Shown here piece after piece: positions 1-9,694 of a stretch of DNA of 64,000 nt. The translations under genes and the position numbers were made by a program. Location: positions 800,001 through 864,000 of the forward strand of contig OY764159.1 in assembly GCA_963668175.1 (NCBI GenBank), in the 5' to 3' direction. The notes beneath the pieces were generated by a model. That model was not told the DNA's origin, made no database searches, and was given only the letters and a program-made list of their open reading frames with translations. Source of the DNA: Syntrophales bacterium. Its GTDB lineage: Bacteria > Desulfobacterota > Syntrophia > Syntrophales > PHBD01. Numbering within the stretch: position 1 is the stretch's first letter; every line of letters starts with the position of its first letter.

Positions 1-529
1 TCGTCCCGCGGACGCCGCTGACGGCCGTCGGCGTTTCCACCGTCATGGAGGTGCTCCGGTATCTGAATAGCCGCATGGCATAGAACATGGCCTTGCCTTT
101 CAGCATGGAAAAGACCGTGGTCTTGGTCTGAGCCTGAGGATTCGCCTCGATCGTCTTGAGGCCCAGGCGGGTGTTTTCGCCCATGGTGACGACATCCTGG
201 CCGTTCATCTGAAAACGGCACTTCGAGCCCTTGAGCGTGAAGACAATGTCCTTTTCGAAGAGCCTGTCCCCGGGGGCGGCGTAATAGGCCTGGTTCGTGC
301 CGTCACGGGCGACGATGACGTATCCGATGACGGTCTGGATCATCCCGGCATCCTTGGCGCCGGGGCCGACGTAATAGTCTTTGACGTCTTCGCCTTTAAA
401 CTCCGCGGGCAGCAGATTGGCCGGCGCCTTGCTCCGGGCGGGCGCGGCCCACCCCGGCATGGCGGAAAGAATCAGCCCCCAGACGATAAGCAGGGCGGCG
501 ATGCATCGTAACGATCGGTAACTTGTCAT
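1..529 (-). CDS. Exported FecR-domain protein, paralogue of 606-1598 (runs off the window start; not in ORF track)
   Basis: Manual translation from ATG at 529 (AGGGG SD upstream): MTSYRSLRCIAALLIVWGLILSAMPGWAAPARSKAPANLLPAEFKGEDVKDYY...VETPTAVSGVRGT, open to base 1. Has a signal peptide and the FecR-type TPT..GVRGT motif. Confidence 0.9.
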   Translation of the reverse strand, partial: MTSYRSLRCIAALLIVWGLILSAMPGWAAPARSKAPANLLPAEFKGEDVKDYYVGPGAKDAGMIQTVIGYVIVARDGTNQAYYAAPGDRLFEKDIVFTLKGSKCRFQMNGQDVVTMGENTRLGLKTIEANPQAQTKTTVFSMLKGKAMFYAMRLFRYRSTSMTVETPTAVSGVRGT

Positions 530-1508
530 GACAATCCCCTTTTTCAAATGTCGATCCTGACGAGAAGCAGCTTGTCGTCTGCTTCAAACACCTCTTTATT
601 GAAACTCAACGGCCCTTCGGCATCTGATACGTCTGCGGCAGTTGAGGAACCTGTTGGGTCGGAGATTCCTTCTGAAAATCCCTCTGCTGTTGAATGATAT
701 TGGTCGTTTCCCGCGGCACCGTGGGCTGCAAAGCGCCGCCTTCCAATGACGGAGGCAACGACGCGCCGCCGGCACCCGTATCGTTAAAGAACTGATTCAT
801 CGTGCCCGGCGGTATCGGGAATGTCGTTCCCAGCCCGCGGCCGTCGGCCGTCACGCCCTGTCCCGCGGTCAGGGTGATCGTCTGTCCTGTTACGATGGAA
901 TTCACGTAGACCGATCCCTCGAATGTATAAACGTTGGTCGCAAAATTGGGATTGGACTGCAGGGCCAGATGCATGAATCCGCCCGTAATCGAGTTATCGG
1001 CCACCAGTAAAGGCAGGGAAGCTGCGGGCTTTCCTGCGAGTTCGACGACTTCCACGCCCCACTTCGTTCCGCGGACGCCGCTGACAGACGTCGGCGTCTC
1101 CACCTCCATGGAAGCGTTCCGGTATCTGAAAAGACGCATGGCGTAGAACATGGCCTTACCCCGAAGCATGGAGAAGACGGTCTTCTTGGATTGCGTCTGG
1201 CGGTTCTCCTCGGTTGTCTTGAGGCCCAGCCGACCATTTTCGCCCATGGTGACGACATCCTGGCCGTTGAGCTGGAAGCGGCACTTCGAATCCTTGAGTG
1301 TGAAGACGATATCCTTCTCAAAGAGCCTGTCTCCCGGGGCGGCATAGTAGGCCCTGGTCATACCCTCTTTCGCAACGATGACGCAGCCGGTGACGGTCTG
1401 GATCACGCCGGCATCCTTGGCTCCAGTGCCATTGTAGTAATCTTTAACGTCCATCCCTTTAAGCTCGGCGGGCAGCAGACCGGCGGGCGCCTTGCTTCGG
1501 GCGGGTGC
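1..1508. repeat. Tandem gene duplication: ~1-445 matches ~1064-1508
   Basis: Ungapped manual alignment of the mature N-terminal domains shows about 27 differences in 148 aa. Confidence 0.9.
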
Positions 1509-1598
1509 GGCGGAAACGGCCGCCGCGGCGAGCAAAATCAAACCGCATGCGGCAAGGAGCCGGAAGATATATCGAAAATGTATGCTTCCCGGAGGCAT
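606..1598 (-). CDS. Exported FecR-domain protein with Gln/Pro-rich tail
   Basis: Signal peptide (…AAAAVSA), GDRLFEKDIVFT and VETPTSVSGVRGTKW motifs, low-complexity C-terminus. Confidence 0.8.
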   Translation of the reverse strand: MPPGSIHFRYIFRLLAACGLILLAAAAVSAAPARSKAPAGLLPAELKGMDVKDYYNGTGAKDAGVIQTVTGCVIVAKEGMTRAYYAAPGDRLFEKDIVFTLKDSKCRFQLNGQDVVTMGENGRLGLKTTEENRQTQSKKTVFSMLRGKAMFYAMRLFRYRNASMEVETPTSVSGVRGTKWGVEVVELAGKPAASLPLLVADNSITGGFMHLALQSNPNFATNVYTFEGSVYVNSIVTGQTITLTAGQGVTADGRGLGTTFPIPPGTMNQFFNDTGAGGASLPPSLEGGALQPTVPRETTNIIQQQRDFQKESPTQQVPQLPQTYQMPKGR

Positions 1599-1622
1599 AT
1601 AGCTTCCCTTATCCGATCCCGA

Positions 1623-3200
1623 TCAGAAATAGGCCCCGACGCTTAATGTGTAAGTCCGTTTGTCGAAGGCGTAGATGCTTGTGTTGGAATCGTTCTGAAT
1701 GTAGTTAAAGGCGAAGGACGCGAAAAAATGCTCCAGGAAATTCTGGCTCACCACCGCTGTGTAGACGTTCTTCTGGTCGTAACGCCAGTTGCTGTACAGG
1801 GGGGCCTTGTCCTTGTAATCCTTGTAGTCCCGCTGAAATTTGAAGAATGCTTCCGTCTTCGTCGGAAATCTCATGAAATAGGAGACGGCATAGTAGTGGT
1901 CGTCGTAGCAGTTGATCCTCGCATCGGCATCGGACACGGCAAGTCCGCCTGTGAAGGAGAGGATATGCTGGCGGTTGAAAAGGTAGATATTGGGGTTGAA
2001 TTCCCAGCGCCGGGTCTGGTTGTCGAACTGATTTTCGTCGTTCCAGGACATGGAGTCCTGGCTCCATCTCGGGGCATAGGTCTCCCGTGAGTAAATGAAC
2101 GTCCCTTTCAGGCTGAAGTACTGCCCGAAAAAGTATTCGGCGCTGGGATCGATGTGGCCTATGTACGAGAGTTTCGTCAGGCTGTTGTCCTGGGCCAGTG
2201 TGGCGTTGGTTTTTGCCCATTCCGAAGGCGTCAGGTAGCCCTGATTCATGTTGTCGCGCTGGGTGGAGGTCATGCTCGACAACGCCGCGTTGCCGAAGTA
2301 CTGGATCGAGTAGCCGATAGGGACTTTGACGATAAAGTTACGCCCGACCCACCAGGGACCGGTTGTGGCATCGAGCAGGGCGTAGTTGAACTGGGAATAT
2401 TTGCTGTAGAGGATGCTGTAATAGGTCAGGTCCGTGTTCCATGCCGGACCGAGCTGCCTTTCCCCGAAACTGTAAAGAATATTGCCGCCGAGATTGGTGA
2501 CATACCCCGTATCGCCCTGCTTTGCCGCCGATTGGGAGAGCGTTAATGTTCCGCCGTTGACGTTGACCAGACGGCTGTCCGGTCCCGCGCTGACGTTATC
2601 GTCCCACTGGACGCCGAAGGAGGCGCGGACGGACCAGCGAAGCTTCCTGGTGGCCGCGTCCATGGCGGCCGTAAGTCTCTCGATATTGGCCGTAACTTCC
2701 GCGGGAGGCTGCGAAGCCTTGACTGTTTCCAGCTCTTTCCTGGCTTCCTTGTATTTTCCCAGTTGGAAATAGACGGCCGCGAGTTCCAGCCTGACCCGGT
2801 GCAGCTGCGGGTCGATGGCGAGCATCTGTTCGAATTTCTTGATCGCGAGATTCAGGTTGCCGGTGTTCATGGCGCTCGTACCGATCCACCACATGATATC
2901 CATCGTTTCAACCTTGGAAGCGATTTCGTTGAATATGGGCAGGGCCTCGCCGTATCGGCCGTCGTAGTAAAGGAGAAGCGCTTCGGACAGCTTGTTGTCC
3001 AGGGCGTCGAGCTCCCGGGGCGATATTTCCTTCGCTTTGCCCGGTTTCACCTGACCCTGTTTGGCGTGGCCGAAGTCAGACCCCGAATCGGCCGGAGGTG
3101 TATCCGCAGCCGCTGCCGTGAAGCTGATGCAGATGAGAGCAATAAGAGAATATAGGATAAACTGGAATTTTGATCGGGTTTTCATCATCACATCCCTCAT
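1623..3200 (-). CDS. TPR + outer-membrane beta-barrel protein, Slam/DUF560 (type XI secretion)-like
   Basis: Signal peptide, TPRs (IDPQLHRVRLELAAVYFQLGKYKEARKEL), barrel entry WDDNVSAGP, aromatic-rich strands, C-terminal …LSVGAYF. Confidence 0.75.
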   Translation of the reverse strand: MRDVMMKTRSKFQFILYSLIALICISFTAAAADTPPADSGSDFGHAKQGQVKPGKAKEISPRELDALDNKLSEALLLYYDGRYGEALPIFNEIASKVETMDIMWWIGTSAMNTGNLNLAIKKFEQMLAIDPQLHRVRLELAAVYFQLGKYKEARKELETVKASQPPAEVTANIERLTAAMDAATRKLRWSVRASFGVQWDDNVSAGPDSRLVNVNGGTLTLSQSAAKQGDTGYVTNLGGNILYSFGERQLGPAWNTDLTYYSILYSKYSQFNYALLDATTGPWWVGRNFIVKVPIGYSIQYFGNAALSSMTSTQRDNMNQGYLTPSEWAKTNATLAQDNSLTKLSYIGHIDPSAEYFFGQYFSLKGTFIYSRETYAPRWSQDSMSWNDENQFDNQTRRWEFNPNIYLFNRQHILSFTGGLAVSDADARINCYDDHYYAVSYFMRFPTKTEAFFKFQRDYKDYKDKAPLYSNWRYDQKNVYTAVVSQNFLEHFFASFAFNYIQNDSNTSIYAFDKRTYTLSVGAYF

Positions 3201-3576
3201 GGCGGATCATTCCTGATTAGGATCGACTAATATGGGTAAAATATTGGTCCATTTCTATAGGCGTGTCAGATATTGTTTGTCAAGGGAAAAACATAAAGCA
3301 TTCTTATGTATACAATAACTGATATGACTTACATACCTCATTTGGTGCCTCCTGGAAATCGTTTATAGGATTGGAATGGAACGATTGTTTTCAAGGAGGG
3401 CACTCTCGCGGATTCTCGCCATTCTGTATGACTAATTGAATTCCTGCGAACTTGAAAAATTTAAAATAACTTGACAGTCATAAGTGCAAGAGGATAAAAA
3501 ATGATGTAATGCCTGCGGCATAACGACGGTTTACGATCCATTTTTTAAAAGTATGACCGAAGATTGAGGTATCCAG

Positions 3577-3930
3577 ATGGTGGAAGAGAAGAGAAAGCGA
3601 ACCCGCGTACCCGTCCATGTCCATGTTTCCGTGTCGTTACAAGAAAAATGGATAGACGTGGAGGCCGAGAATATCAGCCTGACAGGGATTCTCTGCACGG
3701 CAGACGCCCGTTTTCGGATGGGGGATGCCTGCCAGGTCAGAATCAGACTGAATCCGGATGTCATCATCAATTTAGACGGCAACATCCTTCGCTCCGACCG
3801 GGATCATACGGCGATCAGCTTTGTTTCCATGGATGAAGATAGTTTCTACCATTTGAAGAAGCTGCTCCAGTACAACCTGACCAATTCCGACCGCATTGAC
3901 GACGAACTGTCGGACCCGGCGTTCGGATGA
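3577..3930 (+). CDS. PilZ-domain protein
   Basis: EKRKRTR (RxxxR) and NISLTG ([D/N]xSxxG) motifs; GAGG SD. Confidence 0.85.
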   Translation: MVEEKRKRTRVPVHVHVSVSLQEKWIDVEAENISLTGILCTADARFRMGDACQVRIRLNPDVIINLDGNILRSDRDHTAISFVSMDEDSFYHLKKLLQYNLTNSDRIDDELSDPAFG

Positions 3931-4044
3931 TTTCTTACTGTCGGCTGAAGGCATTTCGCCTATATTGAAGACAGCGGCGGCGATGCAGGCCGCAACAGAG
4001 GGGTGCGGATTGCCGCCAAACGCCGCAGCGAGAGGAGAATTTTT

Positions 4045-4632
4045 ATGAAAACAGATACTTCCGTTGATATGACGTGCCGGTGTTTTACCAAACCGGGCAA
4101 GAAGAATACAGGCGACGTATTGGCCTTGGCGGCCAAGCGCGCCCGGGAACTAGCCATCGGTAAAATCCTGATCGCCACGTGCAGCGGCAAAACGGCCCTG
4201 GCGGCTGCGAAGATATTCGGCGCCGATGCCCGGATCATTGCCGTAACGCATGTCACGGGATTTACGAAACCCAACGTGCAGGAATTGGATGATAAAACCC
4301 GCACCCAGTTGGAGAAACAGGGTATAAAGGTCCTGACCTGCCAGCATGCCTTCGGCGGAGTCGGCCGGGGGATAAGAAAAAAGCTCGGCACGTACCAGGT
4401 GGATGAAATCATGGCATTCACGCTGCGCACGTTCGGTCAGGGTACCAAGGTGGCGGTCGAGGTGGCTTTGATGGCTGCCGATGCGGGCCTGGTCCGGACC
4501 GATGAAGACATTATCGCCATCGGCGGAACGGGAGAGGGGGCGGATGCGGCTCTGGTGATCAAGCCCGCCAATACCGCCGATGTCTTTGATCTCAAGGTCA
4601 GGGAAATCATCTGTAAGCCGTCCTCTTTCTGA
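4045..4632 (+). CDS. Pyruvate kinase C-terminal-like (COG1751-type) protein
   Basis: KPGKKNT, ATCSGKTA, VTHVTGF, GQGTKVAVEVALMAADAG motifs; start set at ATG 4045 behind AGGAG. Confidence 0.75.
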   Translation: MKTDTSVDMTCRCFTKPGKKNTGDVLALAAKRARELAIGKILIATCSGKTALAAAKIFGADARIIAVTHVTGFTKPNVQELDDKTRTQLEKQGIKVLTCQHAFGGVGRGIRKKLGTYQVDEIMAFTLRTFGQGTKVAVEVALMAADAGLVRTDEDIIAIGGTGEGADAALVIKPANTADVFDLKVREIICKPSSF

Positions 4633-4689
4633 GACGGCTGGACGATAGCTCGAATCACGACAATCTCAATACGGGTTTAAGGAGACGGT

Positions 4690-6390
4690 ATGATGAAGAG
4701 ATCTTGCATGGTGCTGTTGGGATCCATTCTCGTATGGGCCGGCCCGGTCCTGGCCGGTAATGTTACAGTCACAGGCGACATGGGATCGGCGATCCGTTAT
4801 GAGTTGCAGGAGCAGGTAACCGCAGGGGACGGAATGAAAAAACTCGTTCTGAGCTTCGTCGTCCCCCAAACCTACGAGTCGCCCACGTATCACCAGAAGA
4901 TTTCCGATTTTAACCTGACCTTCAGGCCCAGTCCTCAGGACCGCAAGGAGAACCTGGACGAACGGGGCAACCGGGTCGTCGTTGCCACCTGGGACGATCC
5001 GCCGGCGTCCGTCGATGTCCGGCTGTCCTGTAATGCGGCCAATACGACCAATCTCAAAGTCCTGGAGACGCGGACGCCTTTTCCACTCACCGACGTGGAT
5101 CCGAAAGTGAGTGTTTTTCTGCGGCCGACCGATCAAGTTCAGGTCAACCATCCCCGCATCAGGGAGCTTGCCGCCCAGCTGACGTCCGGTGTCAAGACCG
5201 AGTTCGATGCCGTCCAGCGGGTCATATCCTGGGTCGTCGATCATGTCCGATACGTAACACCGCCGCAGCAATACGATGCCGTCTACTCCCTGGAATCCGG
5301 TAAAGGCAACTGCCAGAACTATTCGCATCTGAGCGCCGCATTGCTTCGCTCCGTGGGTATTCCCGTCCGTATCATCAACGGCGTCACCCTGGACCGGTCC
5401 TACGATGTCAAATGGCAGAAGGGCGTCATGACGTTCAAAATGGGCAAAGGACGGCATTCCTGGATCGAGGTCTGGTTCCCCGATCTCGGATGGGTTCCCT
5501 TCGATCCCCAAAATACGGTCCTCTTCGTATCCAACCGCTTCATCCGTATCGAGGTCGGGATGGACAACAACGAAACCAAGAACGACGGGTTGATGCGCTG
5601 GTCCCAGGCGGCGACCGCCCGCCAGAGGCCGTCGCTCCAGGAAGGCATCGACGCTTCGTTCGTCAGCGATTCGGTGTCGATCAACGGCAAGCGCGAATCC
5701 TACGGTCCCAAGAATATCCTGCTGAGTCCCGCCGTCAAGGCCGAATTCAAACAGATCGAATTGAAGCCGCCTCCGCCTCCGCCCGTCATTTCGCCGGAAG
5801 AAAAACTGAAGCTGCGGTTCGACAAGGCATTTTTGTACGGCAATCTCGATTTTCCGGTGGACATCGATTTTGCGTTTCCCCGGGCAACCAAGAAATCTGG
5901 GAAGAACCAATTTGAAATGGCGAAAAATTTCCTGGTGGAAACGGCTGAATTCGTGACCCACAAGGGGATTCAGTATGCCCAGGTGGTCGTCCTGCAGAAG
6001 CCCGTCAAACTGCAGAAAATCGGTCTCGCCCTCCACCGTTTCGGCGGCGACGGCCAGATCTGGCTGGATCTTTACAAGGACAACCAGGGAATGCCGGGGG
6101 ATTTGATCGGCAAGAGCAATTTTAAGTTTTTGGAGGAATTGTCCCTGAAGCCGGGATACCGGTGGACGGACTTCGATTTCGGCAGGGAGAACGTGGTGCT
6201 GATGCCCGGGTCCTACTGGATCGCGCTGGGTTATACCGGAGACCCCGTCATCAACTGGTTCTACACGTACGGCAAGCCCGTCGGCCCGGTCGACGGTACT
6301 CGTTACAAGCGGGAATTCGAAGACCAGGAATGGAGCAACGCCCTGAGCTTTGAATTCAACTACCGGGTGATCGGCCAGACCACGAAATGA
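4690..6390 (+). CDS. Exported transglutaminase-like cysteine protease
   Basis: Signal peptide; triad motifs GNCQNYSH, RHSWIEV, WVPFDP; poly-Pro linker; extra C-terminal domain. Confidence 0.8.
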   Translation: MMKRSCMVLLGSILVWAGPVLAGNVTVTGDMGSAIRYELQEQVTAGDGMKKLVLSFVVPQTYESPTYHQKISDFNLTFRPSPQDRKENLDERGNRVVVATWDDPPASVDVRLSCNAANTTNLKVLETRTPFPLTDVDPKVSVFLRPTDQVQVNHPRIRELAAQLTSGVKTEFDAVQRVISWVVDHVRYVTPPQQYDAVYSLESGKGNCQNYSHLSAALLRSVGIPVRIINGVTLDRSYDVKWQKGVMTFKMGKGRHSWIEVWFPDLGWVPFDPQNTVLFVSNRFIRIEVGMDNNETKNDGLMRWSQAATARQRPSLQEGIDASFVSDSVSINGKRESYGPKNILLSPAVKAEFKQIELKPPPPPPVISPEEKLKLRFDKAFLYGNLDFPVDIDFAFPRATKKSGKNQFEMAKNFLVETAEFVTHKGIQYAQVVVLQKPVKLQKIGLALHRFGGDGQIWLDLYKDNQGMPGDLIGKSNFKFLEELSLKPGYRWTDFDFGRENVVLMPGSYWIALGYTGDPVINWFYTYGKPVGPVDGTRYKREFEDQEWSNALSFEFNYRVIGQTTK

Positions 6391-6470
6391 AATTCAGGTT
6401 TCCGCCTGAGGCCTGAAGAAAGTCGCGGTCGTAAAGTCATCATTTGTCCGTCCTGCGAGGATGCGGCGCT

Positions 6471-6713
6471 ATGAGCGAGGAGAACTGGGAAGTCGTCTTC
6501 ACGGCGGCGGGTATGGCGCAGGCCTCCATCGTCCAGGGGAGGCTGGAGACCGAGGGCATCCCTGTTCAACTTGACTTCGAATCGGCAGGCCGGATCTTCG
6601 CGATTACCGTTGACGGTCTGGGTGAAGTCCGTGTCATGGTGCCGCACGATCTGGCGCAGACCGCCCGGGATATTCTGGCCGCGTCTTATGACGATGCCGA
6701 CGAGCCGGCCTAG
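6471..6713 (+). CDS. DUF2007-like small protein
   Basis: MSEENWEVVFTA…QASIVQGRLETEGIP…EVRVMVP…AQTARDIL pattern. Confidence 0.7.
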   Translation: MSEENWEVVFTAAGMAQASIVQGRLETEGIPVQLDFESAGRIFAITVDGLGEVRVMVPHDLAQTARDILAASYDDADEPA

Positions 6714-7717
6714 AACAGGCCCTCCAGCGTCGTTCCGCAGCGCGGACAGGCCGCTCCCTGCAACTCGTTTCTTAAAATCTGATACCCCAGACGTCTGATC
6801 AGTTCCTGTCCGCAATGGGCGCAGGCCGTATTCTCCCCCTGGTCGCCCGGGACATTGCCGCTGTAAACGTATTTCAAACCGCTCCTCCTGCCGATTTCCA
6901 CGGCCCGGTGGATGATGTCTATCCCAGTCGGAGATTTGTCCGTCATCCTGTAGCGGGGATGAAAGCGGCTGATGTGCCAGGGGATGTCCGTCCCCAGGTT
7001 GCTGATGAAACCGGCAATCTGCTCGAGTTCCCCGTCCGTGTCGTTCAGGCCGGGGATGAGGAGGGTCGTGATCTCGATCCAGACGCCATGCCTCTTCATC
7101 CAGGTCAGGCTGTCCAAAACGGGCTGCAGACGCGCCCCGCAATGCTCCCTGTAGAATGCATCGCTGAAGGATTTCAGATCGACATTGGCCGCATCAAGAC
7201 AAGACCCCATGGTTTCGAGTGTTTGCTCCGTCATGTAGCCGTTGGTCACAAAGACGTTCTTGAGTCCCCGGCTGTGTGCAATCTTGCCGATATCATACGC
7301 GTATTCGAAATAGATGGTCGGTTCGGTATAGGTGTAGGCGATAGTCGCGGAACGGGATTGAACGGCCCTTTCCACGACGGTTTCCGGTTCCGTGGCCTTG
7401 CCGTAAATGTCTCCTGTTTCCCGCGGAAGCTGCGAGATTTCATGATTTTGACAGAATGTACAGCGGAAATTGCAGCCCATGGCAGCGATGGAATAGGATC
7501 GCGATCCCGGATAAAGGTGAAAGAGCGGTTTTTTTTCTATGGGGTCGACGTTCTCTGCGATAAGAGCCCCATAGACCAGGGAATAGAGCGTACCTCCCTG
7601 GTTTTCGCGGACGCCGCAAACACCGCGTTTTGAAGGCGATACACGGCAACGGTGGGCACATAATACGCATTCCGCCTTTTGGTCCGCCGCTCTGGTGTAA
7701 AGCATGGCCTCTTTCAT
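6710..7717 (-). CDS. amrS: AmmeMemoRadiSam system radical SAM enzyme
   Basis: CVLCAHRC…CGVR N-terminus, DPIEKKPLFH, CNFRCTFC, YVYSGNV, C-terminal CxxC pairs. Confidence 0.85.
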   Translation of the reverse strand: MKEAMLYTRAADQKAECVLCAHRCRVSPSKRGVCGVRENQGGTLYSLVYGALIAENVDPIEKKPLFHLYPGSRSYSIAAMGCNFRCTFCQNHEISQLPRETGDIYGKATEPETVVERAVQSRSATIAYTYTEPTIYFEYAYDIGKIAHSRGLKNVFVTNGYMTEQTLETMGSCLDAANVDLKSFSDAFYREHCGARLQPVLDSLTWMKRHGVWIEITTLLIPGLNDTDGELEQIAGFISNLGTDIPWHISRFHPRYRMTDKSPTGIDIIHRAVEIGRRSGLKYVYSGNVPGDQGENTACAHCGQELIRRLGYQILRNELQGAACPRCGTTLEGLF

Positions 7718-8487
7718 TTGATCACCCTGACGGCCCCCTGAACGGGCATGTGGCCCTTGGGCTCCATTTGAAAAGGCATCCGGACGTGCTCCTGAATGGT
7801 TCTATAGGAAAATGTGACCGGGAATGACAGGCCGAGAAATGCCCCGAAGGGGTTTTTAATGACGGGGATGGATTCTTCCAGGGTTGTTGAAAACCGGTAC
7901 CAGCCCAGGGGAAAGAAGATCACGCTCCCCCAATGGATGCGAGCCCCCCGCAATTTCTGCCTGATCATCCGGGTCAATTCGAAAATCGAGAAGAAACGGG
8001 CCTCGTTATAGATGGAATCCCTAGACTTGCCGGAAAGACGCCGTTGAACAGCGACGAGCGAATATTTGTTCAAGACGCCAAGGAAAACCCTTCCCCGGCA
8101 CACCCTGATCGCTTCGGAAACCGCTCTGTCGGGATTGGAAGTGAACTCCAGCGAAGTCATCAGCGTGACAATGTCGAACTCGTTGTCCGAGAAAGGAATG
8201 TCCTCGGCGCTGCCTACGCGCAGATCGGCGCTGGGTCCCAGCTTCTGCCTGGCGATGTCGATCATGTAAGGGGATGGATCGATGCCGGTCACCTGGCATC
8301 CCTTGGCGTGATAAAGGAAGAGGTGATCGCCCGTACCGCAGCCCACGTCAAGAAGCCGTTCTCCGGCCCTCGGGGAAAGCAGGTCAAGGATCAGGTTCTT
8401 CTCCCGGGCGTCGATATAAAGCCCCGTCGGCGTCTGTAGCCACCGATCATAGGCCCTGGCCATATCTTCGTCGAAGACAACCGGCAT
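7714..8487 (-). CDS. Class I SAM-dependent methyltransferase
   Basis: LLDVGCGTG motif I, SAEDIPFSDNEFD; ATGA overlap with amrS. Confidence 0.85.
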   Translation of the reverse strand: MPVVFDEDMARAYDRWLQTPTGLYIDAREKNLILDLLSPRAGERLLDVGCGTGDHLFLYHAKGCQVTGIDPSPYMIDIARQKLGPSADLRVGSAEDIPFSDNEFDIVTLMTSLEFTSNPDRAVSEAIRVCRGRVFLGVLNKYSLVAVQRRLSGKSRDSIYNEARFFSIFELTRMIRQKLRGARIHWGSVIFFPLGWYRFSTTLEESIPVIKNPFGAFLGLSFPVTFSYRTIQEHVRMPFQMEPKGHMPVQGAVRVIK

Positions 8488-8511
8488 ATGGGTATCGTCC
8501 GAGTGTTGTGT

Positions 8512-9504
8512 TCAGCCGCCGATGGCGGACATCTCCTTCAGGCATTTCCTGGTACGGCCATGTTCGCCCGTTATGTCGTGGCGCAGCGGTTTCGAATCCA
8601 GCGTCACTTTGATGAGCCGCTGCAATTCGCGGTCGCTGCAGCCGGCCCGTATGGATTCTTTCAGGTTTGTCTCGTCGTCGGACAGAAGACAAGCCCGCAG
8701 ATGCCCGTCGGCCGTCAGACGAAGGCGATTGCAGGAAATGCAGAAGTGGTGGCTTACCGGGCTGATAAAACCGATAATGCCGGCGCCGCCGGCCGGGCGG
8801 AAAAGTGACGCCGGTCCGCCTTTGCCGCCGTTGTTGTCCTGTAAAGCGGTCAACGGGAAATTCTTTTCAATCCGGGCCTTGACGATGTCGTTGGACAGGT
8901 ATCTACCGTCATTGTGGACATAAGATGAACCCAGGGGCATCAATTCTATAAAGCGGATATGATAAGGTTTTGCATGGGCGAGGCGTGCGAACTCGATCAC
9001 TTCGTCGTCGTTGAATCCCTTTACCACGACGAAATTGATCTTGATCGGGGCCATCCCGAGGGTATGAACGGCTTCAATGCCACGCAGAACGTCCTGCAAG
9101 TTGCCTCCTCTGGTAATGGATGCGTACTTTTCCGGCTGCAGAGAATCGAGGCTGATGTTGATCCTTTTCATGCCTGCCCTGGAGAGGCTTTCGGCATAAT
9201 GATGCAGCAAGATTCCGTTGGTTGTCAGACTGATGTCGTCCAGTCCCTCGATGGAATGCAGGGAGCGGAAAAAATCGACGATGCCGCGTCTTACCAGGGG
9301 CTCTCCGCCGGTGATTCGGACTTTGGTAATACCCATTTTCGCCGATTCTTTAATGATCCTCAATATCTCTTCGTAGCGCAGGATATCGGCATGGCCCAGC
9401 AACGACAGACCTTCCTTTGGCATGCAGTACACGCAGCGTAGATTACAGCGGTCCGTGACGGACACCCGAAGATAATTGATCAAGCGATTGTGCGAGTCGA
9501 TCAT
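8512..9504 (-). CDS. moaA: GTP 3',8-cyclase (Moco biosynthesis)
   Basis: YLRVSVTDRCNLRCVYC, TGGEP, FCISCNRLR, C-terminal IGG; start at 9504 is my estimate. Confidence 0.95.
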   Translation of the reverse strand: MIDSHNRLINYLRVSVTDRCNLRCVYCMPKEGLSLLGHADILRYEEILRIIKESAKMGITKVRITGGEPLVRRGIVDFFRSLHSIEGLDDISLTTNGILLHHYAESLSRAGMKRINISLDSLQPEKYASITRGGNLQDVLRGIEAVHTLGMAPIKINFVVVKGFNDDEVIEFARLAHAKPYHIRFIELMPLGSSYVHNDGRYLSNDIVKARIEKNFPLTALQDNNGGKGGPASLFRPAGGAGIIGFISPVSHHFCISCNRLRLTADGHLRACLLSDDETNLKESIRAGCSDRELQRLIKVTLDSKPLRHDITGEHGRTRKCLKEMSAIGG

Positions 9505-9694
9505 AAGTACTACGTCATCCTTATCTAAATTTTCTAACATACTTAAGCGGGCAAGACAAGCCATGATCACAAGGCGTATGTATTACAAATAATGAAATAA
9601 TGTTTTACTTGACAATTGGCTGATATAATTGTAGTAATATCTTCAGATTCATTAATGGCACAGGTTCATGATTGTTTTTATGAAGGAGGATAAG

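Noticed and set aside
396..587. 63-aa minus-strand ORF
   Set aside because: Off-frame overlap with the real FecR paralogue starting at 529.
4666..6036. Long antisense ORFs (also 33224-34585, 57364-58830, 62233-63201, 21085-22035)
   Set aside because: They mirror well-supported genes on the other strand, as expected from GC-rich codon usage, and show no motifs.
3928..6390. Other TGA stops (3930, 4632, 6390) as possible Sec codons
   Set aside because: They lie at natural protein ends, with no Cys-motif context or SECIS-like hairpin seen.
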